A stretch of 64,000 nucleotides of DNA from Macrostomum lignano (Eukaryota). The DNA lies in the NCBI GenBank assembly GCA_002269645.1, contig NIVC01000014.1:263766-327765 (forward strand), in the 5' to 3' direction. Numbering within the stretch: position 1 is the first letter of the stretch; each line of letters starts with the position of its first letter. Positions 1-9,837 of this stretch are shown here, piece after piece. Below the pieces are notes generated by a model. It was not told the DNA's origin. It made no database searches and saw nothing but the letters and a program-made list of their open reading frames with translations. Made by a program: the position numbers and the translations under genes.

Positions 1-189
1 CTACTTTATAATGTACTAAAGTATTCTATTAAGCTCAGAACTTTTTCTATGCATGTCAGTAATATACACCCAATTGGTTTTGGGCCATAGACAAATGAGC
101 AAAAAGGGCAGGAAAGTGTAAAGACCGATATCTGGTGTCACAGAGAAAAGCGTCACAGTAACGAGTGTACAGTGGTCTACTGGAGGCAT

Positions 190-660
190 CTGGATGCAGG
201 TGACAACGATAGTCCGCTAAATGACTGATTGGCGCACTCTGCGTTGGCCGTCCAGATCACCGGATATGAACTCGATTGAGCCCGTGTGGGATTTCCTGAA
301 GCGCACGATTCGGTGCAACAATCTCTATCCCCCCAGAACATGGTCCAGCTGTGCAATGCGCTTTCATTCGCGTGGCAACAGCTTCCACAGGGACTTTCTG
401 CGGCGCCTTGTTCGGGAATGCCTCGACGAGTGAGCGGTCTGTTGGACGCTCGTGGTTGCTATCTATACCTGTTACTGGCTGTGCTTTTGACACGTACACA
501 GCGTGGAAATGGGCATGGACTTGTTTCGATGTTCATTCTTTGTTGCCTTATTTTGATTGTCTATGGCCCAAACATAGTTAAAAAACTTTCAATCCCTAAT
601 CGTTCAGCTAGTGTAGCCTTTTGTGCAGTACGTGGACACTTTTCAATGTTGCTGAGTGTA
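190..660 (+). mobile_element. Degenerate Tc1/mariner 3' remnant (transposase C-terminus plus probable right terminus)
   Basis: WPSRSPDMNSIEPVWDFLKR (ORF 221-433) matches the Tc1 WPxxSPDLNPIE motif. A shifted frame gives AWQQLPQ...GMPRRVSGLLDARG, like the Tc1 C-terminus. A decayed MQ-D-DN-xxP motif lies near 194-218. The segment ends ...GCTGAGTGTA at 660, like a Tc1 end plus TA. Confidence 0.75.
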
Positions 661-662
661 GC

Positions 663-1358
663 TTTTTGCAGCCCATTTGGGCCTACGCGCATTTAATTTA
701 ATCCAAAATAGGTTTGCCAATGCAATGGAGCTTTTGTCTATGGTAGCAAGGCTGTCCATAGTTTCATTTGCAATTGCTGCGGGGAGCAAGATCGGCCCCA
801 GAATAGTGGACCATATGCTAGGCTGTCGAACGAATTCCATTGGCTTGTGATCCAAGCACTCGACAGAGGTGAACACCCAAAGGACATTGCTGATGGTTGC
901 TGAATGTTAAAAGAAAATATGGTTTGCAGCATCCATCAGCGCGTTGAAACTCTGCTGGCAGAGATAGCCTGCGAAAAGGGTGGCAATCGACAAGACAAGT
1001 TGCTCGATAGCCTCAGGTCCAACTGCTAGTCGATGCAGTTGAGACGAACCCTTTGTTTCCGTTGAAGAGTTCCAGTTGGTTATCAGATTTCGACTATCAG
1101 CAGAGCTCTGGAAAAGCGACTGAAAATTGTTGGTGTAGAGACGCTGACATTTTAGCGGTACGCAACAACCTGGAGACAGTTGCGAGAAGGCAAGAGTTTG
1201 TACAATGGCTCACTGGCGTTTGGACCAAATTGATGCTTGTTGGACCAAATTAAATGCCGCTGTGCCAGCTTTGCTACCATAGACAAAAGCTCCATTAGAT
1301 TGGTAAAAAGTATCTTGGATTAAATCCAATGCGGGCAAGCCCAAATGGGCTGCAAAAA
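663..1358. mobile_element. Non-autonomous DNA element with ~90-bp imperfect terminal inverted repeats (TIRs)
   Basis: 663-749 (TTTTTGCAGCCCATTTGGG...TGGAGCTTTTGTCTATGGTAGCAA) is the inverted counterpart of ~1270-1358. The innermost 24 bp are a perfect inverted match. Confidence 0.65.
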
Positions 1359-1791
1359 TCGATACTAAAAAGTTGCATATCTATACGAGTATATATGATT
1401 GGAGCTGAAAACCGGTAGCAATTCAAGAAAGCGACATTGCACGGACCCAATGAACCTCTAGTTGACTTCAGCAGTAGACCTTGTTGGAATATGGCAACAG
1501 AAGTGTTCAGTAATCGCTTGTCAGTCTTGTAGCGCTTGAAGTAAATCAAAAGTACATCATCGTTAATCAATGCTAGGATTGGCTTGTCTCTCAGTCAAGT
1601 TTCTCAATAAGAGATGCACGAGTTGTCTATGGCCCAACCTGTCTTCATTCTATAGGCTTTCAACCAAAGAGTATTGAGGTCGCCTAGTATAGAGTGCCAA
1701 TAAGGATGAAAATCTGAAGCCGATTTTTAGAATCCACCCACCCACTCCGGTCACCAAGCTTTTTAGTCTATGGCACTTTGGATATCCGTTT

Positions 1792-2344
1792 CCCGCTGAA
1801 AAATAGGGACGGATATTTGCAGGTTCGAATATAGCGTATCCGGATCCGGATAGGGGCATGCACTTTTCCGAATGAACGGCCGGATATGTCCAGATATGAC
1901 ATTTTATCCGAACTATATCCGGACAAGTTGTATCCGGACGAATATCGGGATTATCACCCGGATATGTGACTGATCTGGACAAAAATTTCTGGACTTTTCA
2001 TCCGGATACCGAACTATATTCGGTTACTTGGTTCGGAAGTATGGTTCGGATACTCTACTATATCCGGACAAGTCATATCCGAACGAATCATCCGGATATG
2101 TGGCTCAAATATCCGGCCTTATAGCGCCAGATACATTTCCGGACTTTCGTCCGGATTCAATCTACGTATCCGACCGTTTCGTCCGGATACAGAACTATAA
2201 TATCCGAACAAAACATCCGGATATGTAAAGTTGGCGTCACTTATCCGAAGAAACTACCGGATATTCTCCAACTGAACGGATACAGGGAATATCCCGCCGA
2301 ATTTTTTAAAAACCGAACCAAAGTCCTTCCCTTTTTTCAACGGG
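1792..2344. mobile_element. CCCG-ended MITE (CACTA/CMC-like) with TCCGGA-rich interior
   Basis: Left end CCCGCTGAAAAATAGGGA, right end TCCCTTTTTTCAACGGG. TT flanks both ends (candidate 2-bp TSD). The interior has many ATATCCGGA motifs. Confidence 0.7.
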
Positions 2345-2976
2345 TTTACGAGCTCTACCCGTAGCATGGCAAGAAGCAATTCAAATTACATGTATCGCAT
2401 TTTTAGGTCCGATTGAAAAAATCTTTGCTTGAAATCTTTTTTGATTGAAAAAAAAGATTTCTAGTTCTCACCTATTGTCCTGTTTGCTGAGGCTACATGT
2501 ACGAGTACCTCAAGCTGACTCTTATAAAGTGCCCACAAATAGGTTCAGTGTCTTTAGCCAACAAAAAATGGTCTTAGATCGCAATAAATATAGGTCAATT
2601 CAGTCGATTAAATGGACTTACATGAACTTTGAAGACTTAAAATGTTTTAGGAATGACAATTAGGTACGAGTACCAGCATGTTAATATTCAATATACCTCT
2701 GCATTGTAATAATAACCTATGCATTATTGCTCGACATTATACTGTCGTAGTAATAGCACTAGCGCTTGGAAATCTTCAACATTTAAGAATCTGTTCTGAG
2801 GGTACAGTTCTCTTCAAATTTGACCATGGTATATAAATAGTAATACGAGCGTACGCTCGTAAACTAGCCTTGACGATAACGTAAAGACGTTGAAATGCAT
2901 TGGCATTATTAAATATTGACATACTGGTAACTACACATCGCTTGAAGGCTTATTTCTAAATTTACGATGTAAGTTC

Positions 2977-4917
2977 TCACTTCGAACAAGGAGCGGACAA
3001 CGACGAGGTTCCAGACTTGACGGACAGAGCCGAACCGTAGGTGTCTTCGCGCCTCAACGACGATGACCTCGACGTTGATGAAGAAGTAGCGGCCAGCAGC
3101 AGTCTCGGCCCGCCGACCAGACGGGCAAGTCGAAGTCGGAACGACTTTCGCAGGTAGGGTGCGCTCATGCCATAGGTGAAAATGTTAACGGCATTGTGCA
3201 GCAGCATGACAAAATGGGTCGCGTGGATCCAGTAGTTGAACAATGTTCCATTGCCATTGTTCAACTCATCCGTAACGTCGTAGTAGTTGATGTTCTGCGA
3301 TCGGAACGCTTCGATCATCTGGACGACGGTGTTCGGAGCGGTGAAGGCTAGGAAAACGCAGGACACGCCGATGAGCGAGCCGAACGACTTGTCGTCAACG
3401 CAGTAGCCGCTTCCTCTTGACAGTTGTCGAAGGTGTCTGGTTCTGAGCGCGATCAGGGCGCAGTTTCCGGCCAGGACCAGCAGCAACGGAATTACCGGGA
3501 ACACCAGAGCCAGCCACATCTTCTCCAGGCCGTAGGAGAAGACTGTAGATTCGTATCGCCAGCACTGGATAAAGAAGTCCGAGTCCAGAACTACGAGACG
3601 GTAGCGAGTGAACAGCAGCGGACTGCACATGGCCGCTACGAGAACTATGAGGCCTAGGATGAGCAGGCGGTGGACTCGTCTAGAATAGAGCGAATGCCAG
3701 AACGGTCTAACCAAGGTGGCCAGCTTAGTGTAAGTCAGCGCAACCACCAGCCAAGCTACGGATCCGGCTGTGAAGATCTCAAAGAATGGAATCAACTTGC
3801 AGGTGAGCTGCGACGCCTCCTGAGCGAAGATGTCGAAGTAGAGCGACAAGATAATTGGTAGCAGGTTGCACCACAGACAGAGCAAGTCAAGCACTGAAAG
3901 AGCCAGGAAGTACATGCAGCTGATGCTCTCGGACAGGTTTACCAAGCTGAACAGCAGCGCAATCAGGTTGCTCACAGTTCCGATGAGTAGCAGGATCGGA
4001 TAGCCGTATCGGATTAGTTGAGCCACGGCGCTTAGCTTGCCAGGCAGGGAAGCCTCGAAAGTGGGATTAATCCACATCCTGTTGGGAATTCTGAGCGCGT
4101 CGAAATGGCCAAATATGATCAGCTCGATGAATTCGATAATCCGATGAGTTGTATTGTAATAGTCGAAGTTACCGCTGCGAGCGACGTGCGAGAGTAACTT
4201 GTACTGTAGTACAGAGGTCATGCTGTCGTGATGCTGACTGCTGCTCTGGCTGTTCGGGTTGCCTCGGGCCAGGTCTTCGAGTTCGCAGCGCGGGCGAAGC
4301 AGCAGCCTCGGATCCGACAGCTGCATCAGGAGGGTTTTGCGACAGTCTGGCGGTACGTCAACCTCGGGCAGGCAGCTTTTAGCGAAGGTGTACAACGTCT
4401 CAGCGGTGCGGTCGCCCGAGTGTCTGAGAAGGTTGCTGTAGGTGACGTAGGGCTGCCCCAGCTGCAGGTAGAGCCTCACGTAGACAAACAAAAACGGCTT
4501 GGTGTCGCCGCCGCGAAGGCTCTCGATGACAAAGTCCATGAGCGTTATAGTGAGCTCCTGCACAGTGGGATAGTTGCTGCCGAATATCAGGCTAGGATAA
4601 ACTCGAAAATGGCACAGCACATTGTAGTCGCTCATCTTGATGCCTTCAAATGCTTGGTTGAACGTTTCAAACAGTTTACTGCGCAGGGTGAACACCAGCT
4701 CTGAGAATTGCCGGTATTCGTCTTGCTCCATGACTTTGACGTACTTTTTCAACTCATTGAGCAGGTGGATCACCTCTGGACGAGTCATATTTCTCTCCGG
4801 CAAGTGGTTAAGCATCGCATGAGTTGACTGCGGAAGCTGCGAGCCGCCTGATGCAGCCACCAGCGGCAGTGCAAGCACCGCAATCAGTAATCTAATTGAT
4901 GCCAGAATGGAATTCAT
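2977..4917 (-). CDS. Intronless rhodopsin-like (class A, peptide-receptor type) GPCR with long N-terminal ectodomain, 646 aa
   Basis: Signal-peptide-like N-terminus and seven hydrophobic segments: GTVSN (TM1), LSVLD (TM2), CKL at the start of TM3, VRPF after TM3, FLAFTAP (TM6) and NAVNIFTY (TM7). The C-terminal tail is Ser-rich. Confidence 0.9.
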   Translation of the reverse strand: MNSILASIRLLIAVLALPLVAASGGSQLPQSTHAMLNHLPERNMTRPEVIHLLNELKKYVKVMEQDEYRQFSELVFTLRSKLFETFNQAFEGIKMSDYNVLCHFRVYPSLIFGSNYPTVQELTITLMDFVIESLRGGDTKPFLFVYVRLYLQLGQPYVTYSNLLRHSGDRTAETLYTFAKSCLPEVDVPPDCRKTLLMQLSDPRLLLRPRCELEDLARGNPNSQSSSQHHDSMTSVLQYKLLSHVARSGNFDYYNTTHRIIEFIELIIFGHFDALRIPNRMWINPTFEASLPGKLSAVAQLIRYGYPILLLIGTVSNLIALLFSLVNLSESISCMYFLALSVLDLLCLWCNLLPIILSLYFDIFAQEASQLTCKLIPFFEIFTAGSVAWLVVALTYTKLATLVRPFWHSLYSRRVHRLLILGLIVLVAAMCSPLLFTRYRLVVLDSDFFIQCWRYESTVFSYGLEKMWLALVFPVIPLLLVLAGNCALIALRTRHLRQLSRGSGYCVDDKSFGSLIGVSCVFLAFTAPNTVVQMIEAFRSQNINYYDVTDELNNGNGTLFNYWIHATHFVMLLHNAVNIFTYGMSAPYLRKSFRLRLARLVGGPRLLLAATSSSTSRSSSLRREDTYGSALSVKSGTSSLSAPCSK

Positions 4918-5622
4918 GCAGCACTTGAATCAATGCGCAATTTTGTTCCGCAATCTCTGCCTGCTTTTCGGTGGTTAAGTTTGACGCTTCGCTCTCTTTG
5001 CGTGAGAAGCGGAGCAGTTGGCTGTGCAGGCTTGTGGCAGACTTGGCCTTTTTGCATGAGGTTGAATCTAAGAATCTAGAAGCTACGCCGCTGAATTGGT
5101 CTTATCAATGCCTTCACCGGAGGCGTTCTATGAGAAACAATGGGCGAATTGTGTCCCAGAAAAACAGCAATTTGTCTGTTGATTTCCTTCTTATTAGTGG
5201 TTATAGGCAAATTTACGAGTTATTTATTGCCGCAATAAATTACACGCTGTCGCAAAAAGTGCTTATAGCTAGTAATAAAATATGTGCCATCACGCATGCA
5301 CTTATCTTCAAGGCGGATATGTGTAATCGTTTATTTAATATTATTCAATATCTTACATAATTTAATACTCCCGAGCTATAAACCAAGTAAAATTAACAGT
5401 AAGTGTATCCTAGAAATACTAATGGAACTACTATGTATTAAATTTGAACCTTAGAAAATACTAATCGTGATTAAAAAAGACAGTCATTTAAATGAATCAT
5501 GCAAGACATGCACTTGGCTCGACCATAGTTTTTTTCAGTCAAGCTGACAAGCCAATCAAGTGAAGAATCCCGATTTGCTGCAACAGCAGACACTGCCGCG
5601 CAGCACTGCACTCGGCCATAGA

Positions 5623-6018
5623 CAGGGGCGTCGCCATGGATTTTATGGTGGGGGGGGGGCAAAGCCAAGAATGACTAAATTTTGGCACTCATTTTAGCGC
5701 CGCAGGCACTCATTTTAGCGCCGCAGGCACTCATTTTAGCGCCGCAGGCATTCCTTTTAGCGCCACAGGCACTCATTTTGGCGCCGCAGGCACTCATTTT
5801 AGCGCCGCAAGCACTCATTTTAGCGCCGCAGGCACTCATTTTTGCGCCGAAGTCGCTATATTTTGGCGCCCTGAAAAAAAATTATTGATTACCACAACGG
5901 CTCACAAGGTGGGGTGAAGGGGGGGGGGAAAAAACATTGGCATGTTCCCCCAGAGCTTTTACTGGGGGACATTGGCTGGCCCCCCTGTCCGTCCCCCCCC
6001 CCGGTGGCGACGCGCCTG
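5623..6018. mobile_element. Non-autonomous hAT-type element with internal 21-bp tandem array
   Basis: TIRs CAGGGGCGTCGCCA / TGGCGACGCGCCTG with a perfect 8-bp TSD GCCATAGA (5615-5622, 6019-6026). The unit GCACTCATTTTAGCGCCGCAG repeats at ~5685-5850. Confidence 0.85.
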
Positions 6019-6565
6019 GCCATAGACAATGCAGCCAATCAAGTGGTGACCTCCCCATTTGCACTCTCCCACAGACTGTCCTGACTTCGGGTCCAACTAT
6101 TGGAGTGACTTGCACGACAACTACTCTCCCACGGTCAATATTTAAGAGTATTTTAAACTAAGGATTCCATCTAACAGGACTTGATGGCTTTATTGTCGAT
6201 GCATGGTCCATTGCAAGCGAATGGGGATTCTTGAACTTGATCGCCTTAATTATCAACAAAAGCAATACTTTTCTAAAGGCTGATATGGGTGCACTAAAGT
6301 TTTAGGAATAGGGTCTTTTTACTTAGAATCAAGAGCATAATATATTACATTTTGCATTTGAATTTCCGTGAAATCTGTGACAGATTCTAAGAAACTGACT
6401 TATTATTACAAAAAAACTTTGTGCGCGCGGAGAAATCAATCAGTAATAGCAATAGTTATCTGAGAAGCCAATAAATGCATGTCAAACGGGAATAAAATTT
6501 GCTAAAAATCTTAACCAAATTGTCTTTTAGAATGTCACTCACTATATTCAATGAAAATCACGTCG

Positions 6566-8058
6566 TCACTTCTTTCCTCGCTTCTTCTTTCCCGCCGAGT
6601 TTTTCTTCTTGCCGCCTCCGGCGCTGCTGGATTTTTTCTTTTTTGAGCCGGCCGACTTGGCCGATTTCGACGACCGGCCCGACTTGGCCGATGCGCCGCC
6701 GACGCCGCGTCGGCCGCTGCCGCGTCCGCTGGCCGCCTCATCGGCCGGGTCGCGCGGTTTTGTCACGAATTCGACTCGTTTACCCTGGCAACGCTTCTGG
6801 TTGCAGACCCGGCACTGGCCCGGCTCCTTCATGCGGCCGTAGAAGTCGCCAAGTAGGCACTCCTTGCAGAATCGGGTGCCGCACCATTTGCACATGTAGG
6901 TCTGCATGAGGCATCGATTATGCTTGCGGTTGTAGTTCTGGGGAACCCCGAAGTCTGGTTTTAGTTTGGTACGGTCTAAGTCTAAGAAGGCTGTAGCCCA
7001 GTGGTCAGAGCGTCGGACTCACGACTTGAAGGCCGGGGGTTCGATTCCCGACCCCACTCGGAACAATTTGTGTTTTTGAGCAAGACACTTAACTCTGCGT
7101 TCTTCAGTTCACCCAGCTGTAAAATGGGTGCCAGCATTAGCTGGGGGTAATTGAGGGTGTGTGTGGCGTAATGTAGTTTGCATGCACGTCTTCCCATCAG
7201 GGCAAGTGTAATCAATTATTATTATATTCTAAATTGAGGATTGATGAATGTTCTAGTGAATGTTTCAGTGGAATGTTTGTGAAATCGTAGGATGTTTGTG
7301 GAATCGTGGAATGTTTGTGAAATCGTAGGATGTTTGTGGAATCGTGGGATGTTTGTGGAATCATGGGATGTTTGGGGAATAGTGGGATGTTTGGGGAATA
7401 GTGGGATGTTTGGGGAATAGTGGAATGTTTGGGGAATCGTTGGATGTTTGTGGAATAATGGGATGTTTGTAGAATAGTGGGATGTTAGGGGAATAGTGGG
7501 ATGTTTGGGGAATAGTGGGATGTTTGGGGAATAGTGGGATGTTTGTGGAATAGTGGTATGTTTGGGGAATCGTTGGATGTTTGTGGAATCGTGGGATGTT
7601 TGGGGAATCGTGGGATGTTTGTGGAATCGTGGGATGTCTGGGGAATCGTTGGATGTTTGTGGAATCGTAGGATGTTTGGGGAATCGTGGGATGTTTGTGG
7701 AATCGTGGGATGTTTGGGGAATCGTTGGATGTTTGGGGAATCGTGGGATGTTTGGGGAATCGTGGGATGTTTGGGGAATCGTGGGATGTTTGGGGAATCG
7801 TGGGATGTTTGGGGAATAGTGTGAATTTTAGCCACCGTGAAGTTTACAGAATTAAGAATTAGGTAGATAGTATTAGATATTATATAATATATTACGAGCG
7901 TACATGTCCTCAACCGGGAGGGCATTAAAGAGTATCAGCTACAGCTACAGACCCCTGTCACGTTACGAAACTATGGGGCGTCTCAAAGATTCACAGTTTC
8001 ACATTCGTGGCAGCTGCAGATGTTTAAACTTACCGAATCGACAAGGGAGCAGCCCCAT
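6566..8058 (-). CDS. Uncharacterised small Cys/His-rich putative zinc-binding protein with Lys-rich tail (~147 aa)
   Basis: The frame is open upstream of ORF 6566-6907 to an acceptor at 6981 (or 6975). A candidate first exon 8058-8034 (MGLLPCRF, GTAAGT donor, phase 1) fits. The protein includes HNRC..MCKWCGTRFCKEC..CRVCNQKRC and a KKKK-rich end. Exon 1 is tentative. Confidence 0.6.
6989..7225 (+). mobile_element. tRNA-derived CORE-type SINE, copy 1
   Basis: A box TAGCCCAGTGG and B box GGTTCGATTCC, followed by TTGAGCAAGACACTTAACTCTG...CAGTT...CTGTAAAATGGG, which resembles the MIR/CORE domain. It ends in an (ATT)n tail. Confidence 0.8.
7260..7822. repeat. 19-bp minisatellite (GTGGGATGTTTGGGGAATA/C)
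   Basis: Direct tandem periodicity, about 29 copies. Confidence 0.95.
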
Positions 8059-9837
8059 CGGCACATGGCAACGAGCAAGCCGCGAGCTCTTGAATGTCTC
8101 TGAAAATGACTTGATTTTTAATCTATTGAAGTGTTGCAGGAACCTATAGAAACCATATAGAATCTGGTCTTTATCGAGCTTTGAATAAAAAACAAATTTT
8201 TTTTTCGGCTACACTGTACGAGTTTAGACGGTTAAGCAGCGTAAAAACGGCTTGCACAACTACCCTCTCTCTCTCTCTCTCTCTCTCTCCCTCTCTCACC
8301 GCTGTTGCTAAGGGCGATAGAAAGCAGGCTTTTTCTGTCTGTCTCTCTCACTTGAGTCGCGCGCAAATGCTAACGCATTCTCAGTAATTGTTGGCCTGTA
8401 GCTTTATGCGATCTTTTCTTGCTCCTTTGGCTATTGGATCGTAGTAGTATTTCTCTCTCTCTCTCTCTCTCTACCTCTTTCTCGACCCCTCCTAGAGCTC
8501 TCAAGGCTTTTTTCTCGTCGCTCTCTGCGACCAAAGCTATACTAGCTATAGCTAGCTATAGGCCCTTTTAAGTTGACGCGTGTGCGCTCTTTTCAAGCCA
8601 GTTGAATTATTAAAATGAGCGCGCGGCTGATTTGACAGCAAATGCAGAGTCAGGCCGAGAGATGCACGAACAATTCTATCTAATAAGAGGAATCTTAACC
8701 TGCATGTAATGGCATAGTTGCATGATGGTGCGCACAGACGCAGAGGATTATCCATTTTACTTGGGAATCCCATTTTAACTTTGAGGTACACCGTTGGTCT
8801 ATGCAGACTAGATATTAAGCCTTGAATTTTGCCTAGCAGCAATCATACGATTGGGGAGCAATGAAAAACGATCCTGATTGGAACACATGCAGTATACCCT
8901 GTAGCTGCGATTGATTTTCCCGCTGCTGGGCTGGCATCAGCGAAGTTATATTCTTGAGTCGAGTGCAATAATGCCATCATAAATACATAGCCATTCTAGG
9001 CCATGTTTTCCATGAATCCAATTGACTAATTTATATGGTACACCATTTGCTGCTCTCAAATCTAATCTATAATCCTAAACAAAAATCAGGTTTCGAAACC
9101 AAAATAGACAACAGGCATTTGAGTCGTCGCATCTACAACTCTGTCTGCAAAAGGTTAACTACTATATAAGGATTTTAATTTGTATTTTTTAACTTTCAGT
9201 CAGCTTTCCTCGTAAAAATTTCTTGCTATGATCGCTTCTTTGTTTAAGAGTTCGATTTTTATTTGAAAATCATCAAACAACAGCTGCCATTGCTAATGCT
9301 ATTTCAGGATGTATATTCAGTAGGTATATTGCATATTAATAACATATTTATGCATTATATTTACTTATGTCGCTTGCCACATCCCAGTTTGCGTTTTAAT
9401 TTTGTCATATTTCGAGACCCCATAGCCTATACTACTAGAAGTAGTAAGTTTACTTGAGAGTTCAATCAATTAGCTATTTGTAAAAAGCTACGAAATATTC
9501 ATTCACATGCGCCTTTTGTTGTCACGGGAGCATCGAGTAAAACAAATGTTTACTTATTTTTGTAATATAAGTAAAATTCCAACTAGTAATTAATTAGTCT
9601 AAACAGTCAAAAGTAACTTTTAACTGATTTTTTAACCTTTTAAAAAATTTTATCAGGAAATTTTATCAGCTGATCTAAATTAAAGAATTTACTTCTCTTT
9701 CGGACGCGTACATTGTTCAATCAACATTTAAGTATTTATTTATTTTGCTCTTTAACACTCTAACACTTGAGAGAAAGATAAAAGGTATTCTTGCTTGTTG
9801 TTGTCAGACCAATTCATTCAGCAAAAAAGTTTAAGAC

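Noticed and set aside
738-1253. Captured gene fragment inside the TIR element
   Set aside because: Only short ORFs with no recognisable motif are present.
6989-7060. tRNA gene (also ~27300-27375)
   Set aside because: A and B boxes are present, but there is no convincing cloverleaf or T-run terminator, and both continue into a shared SINE body.
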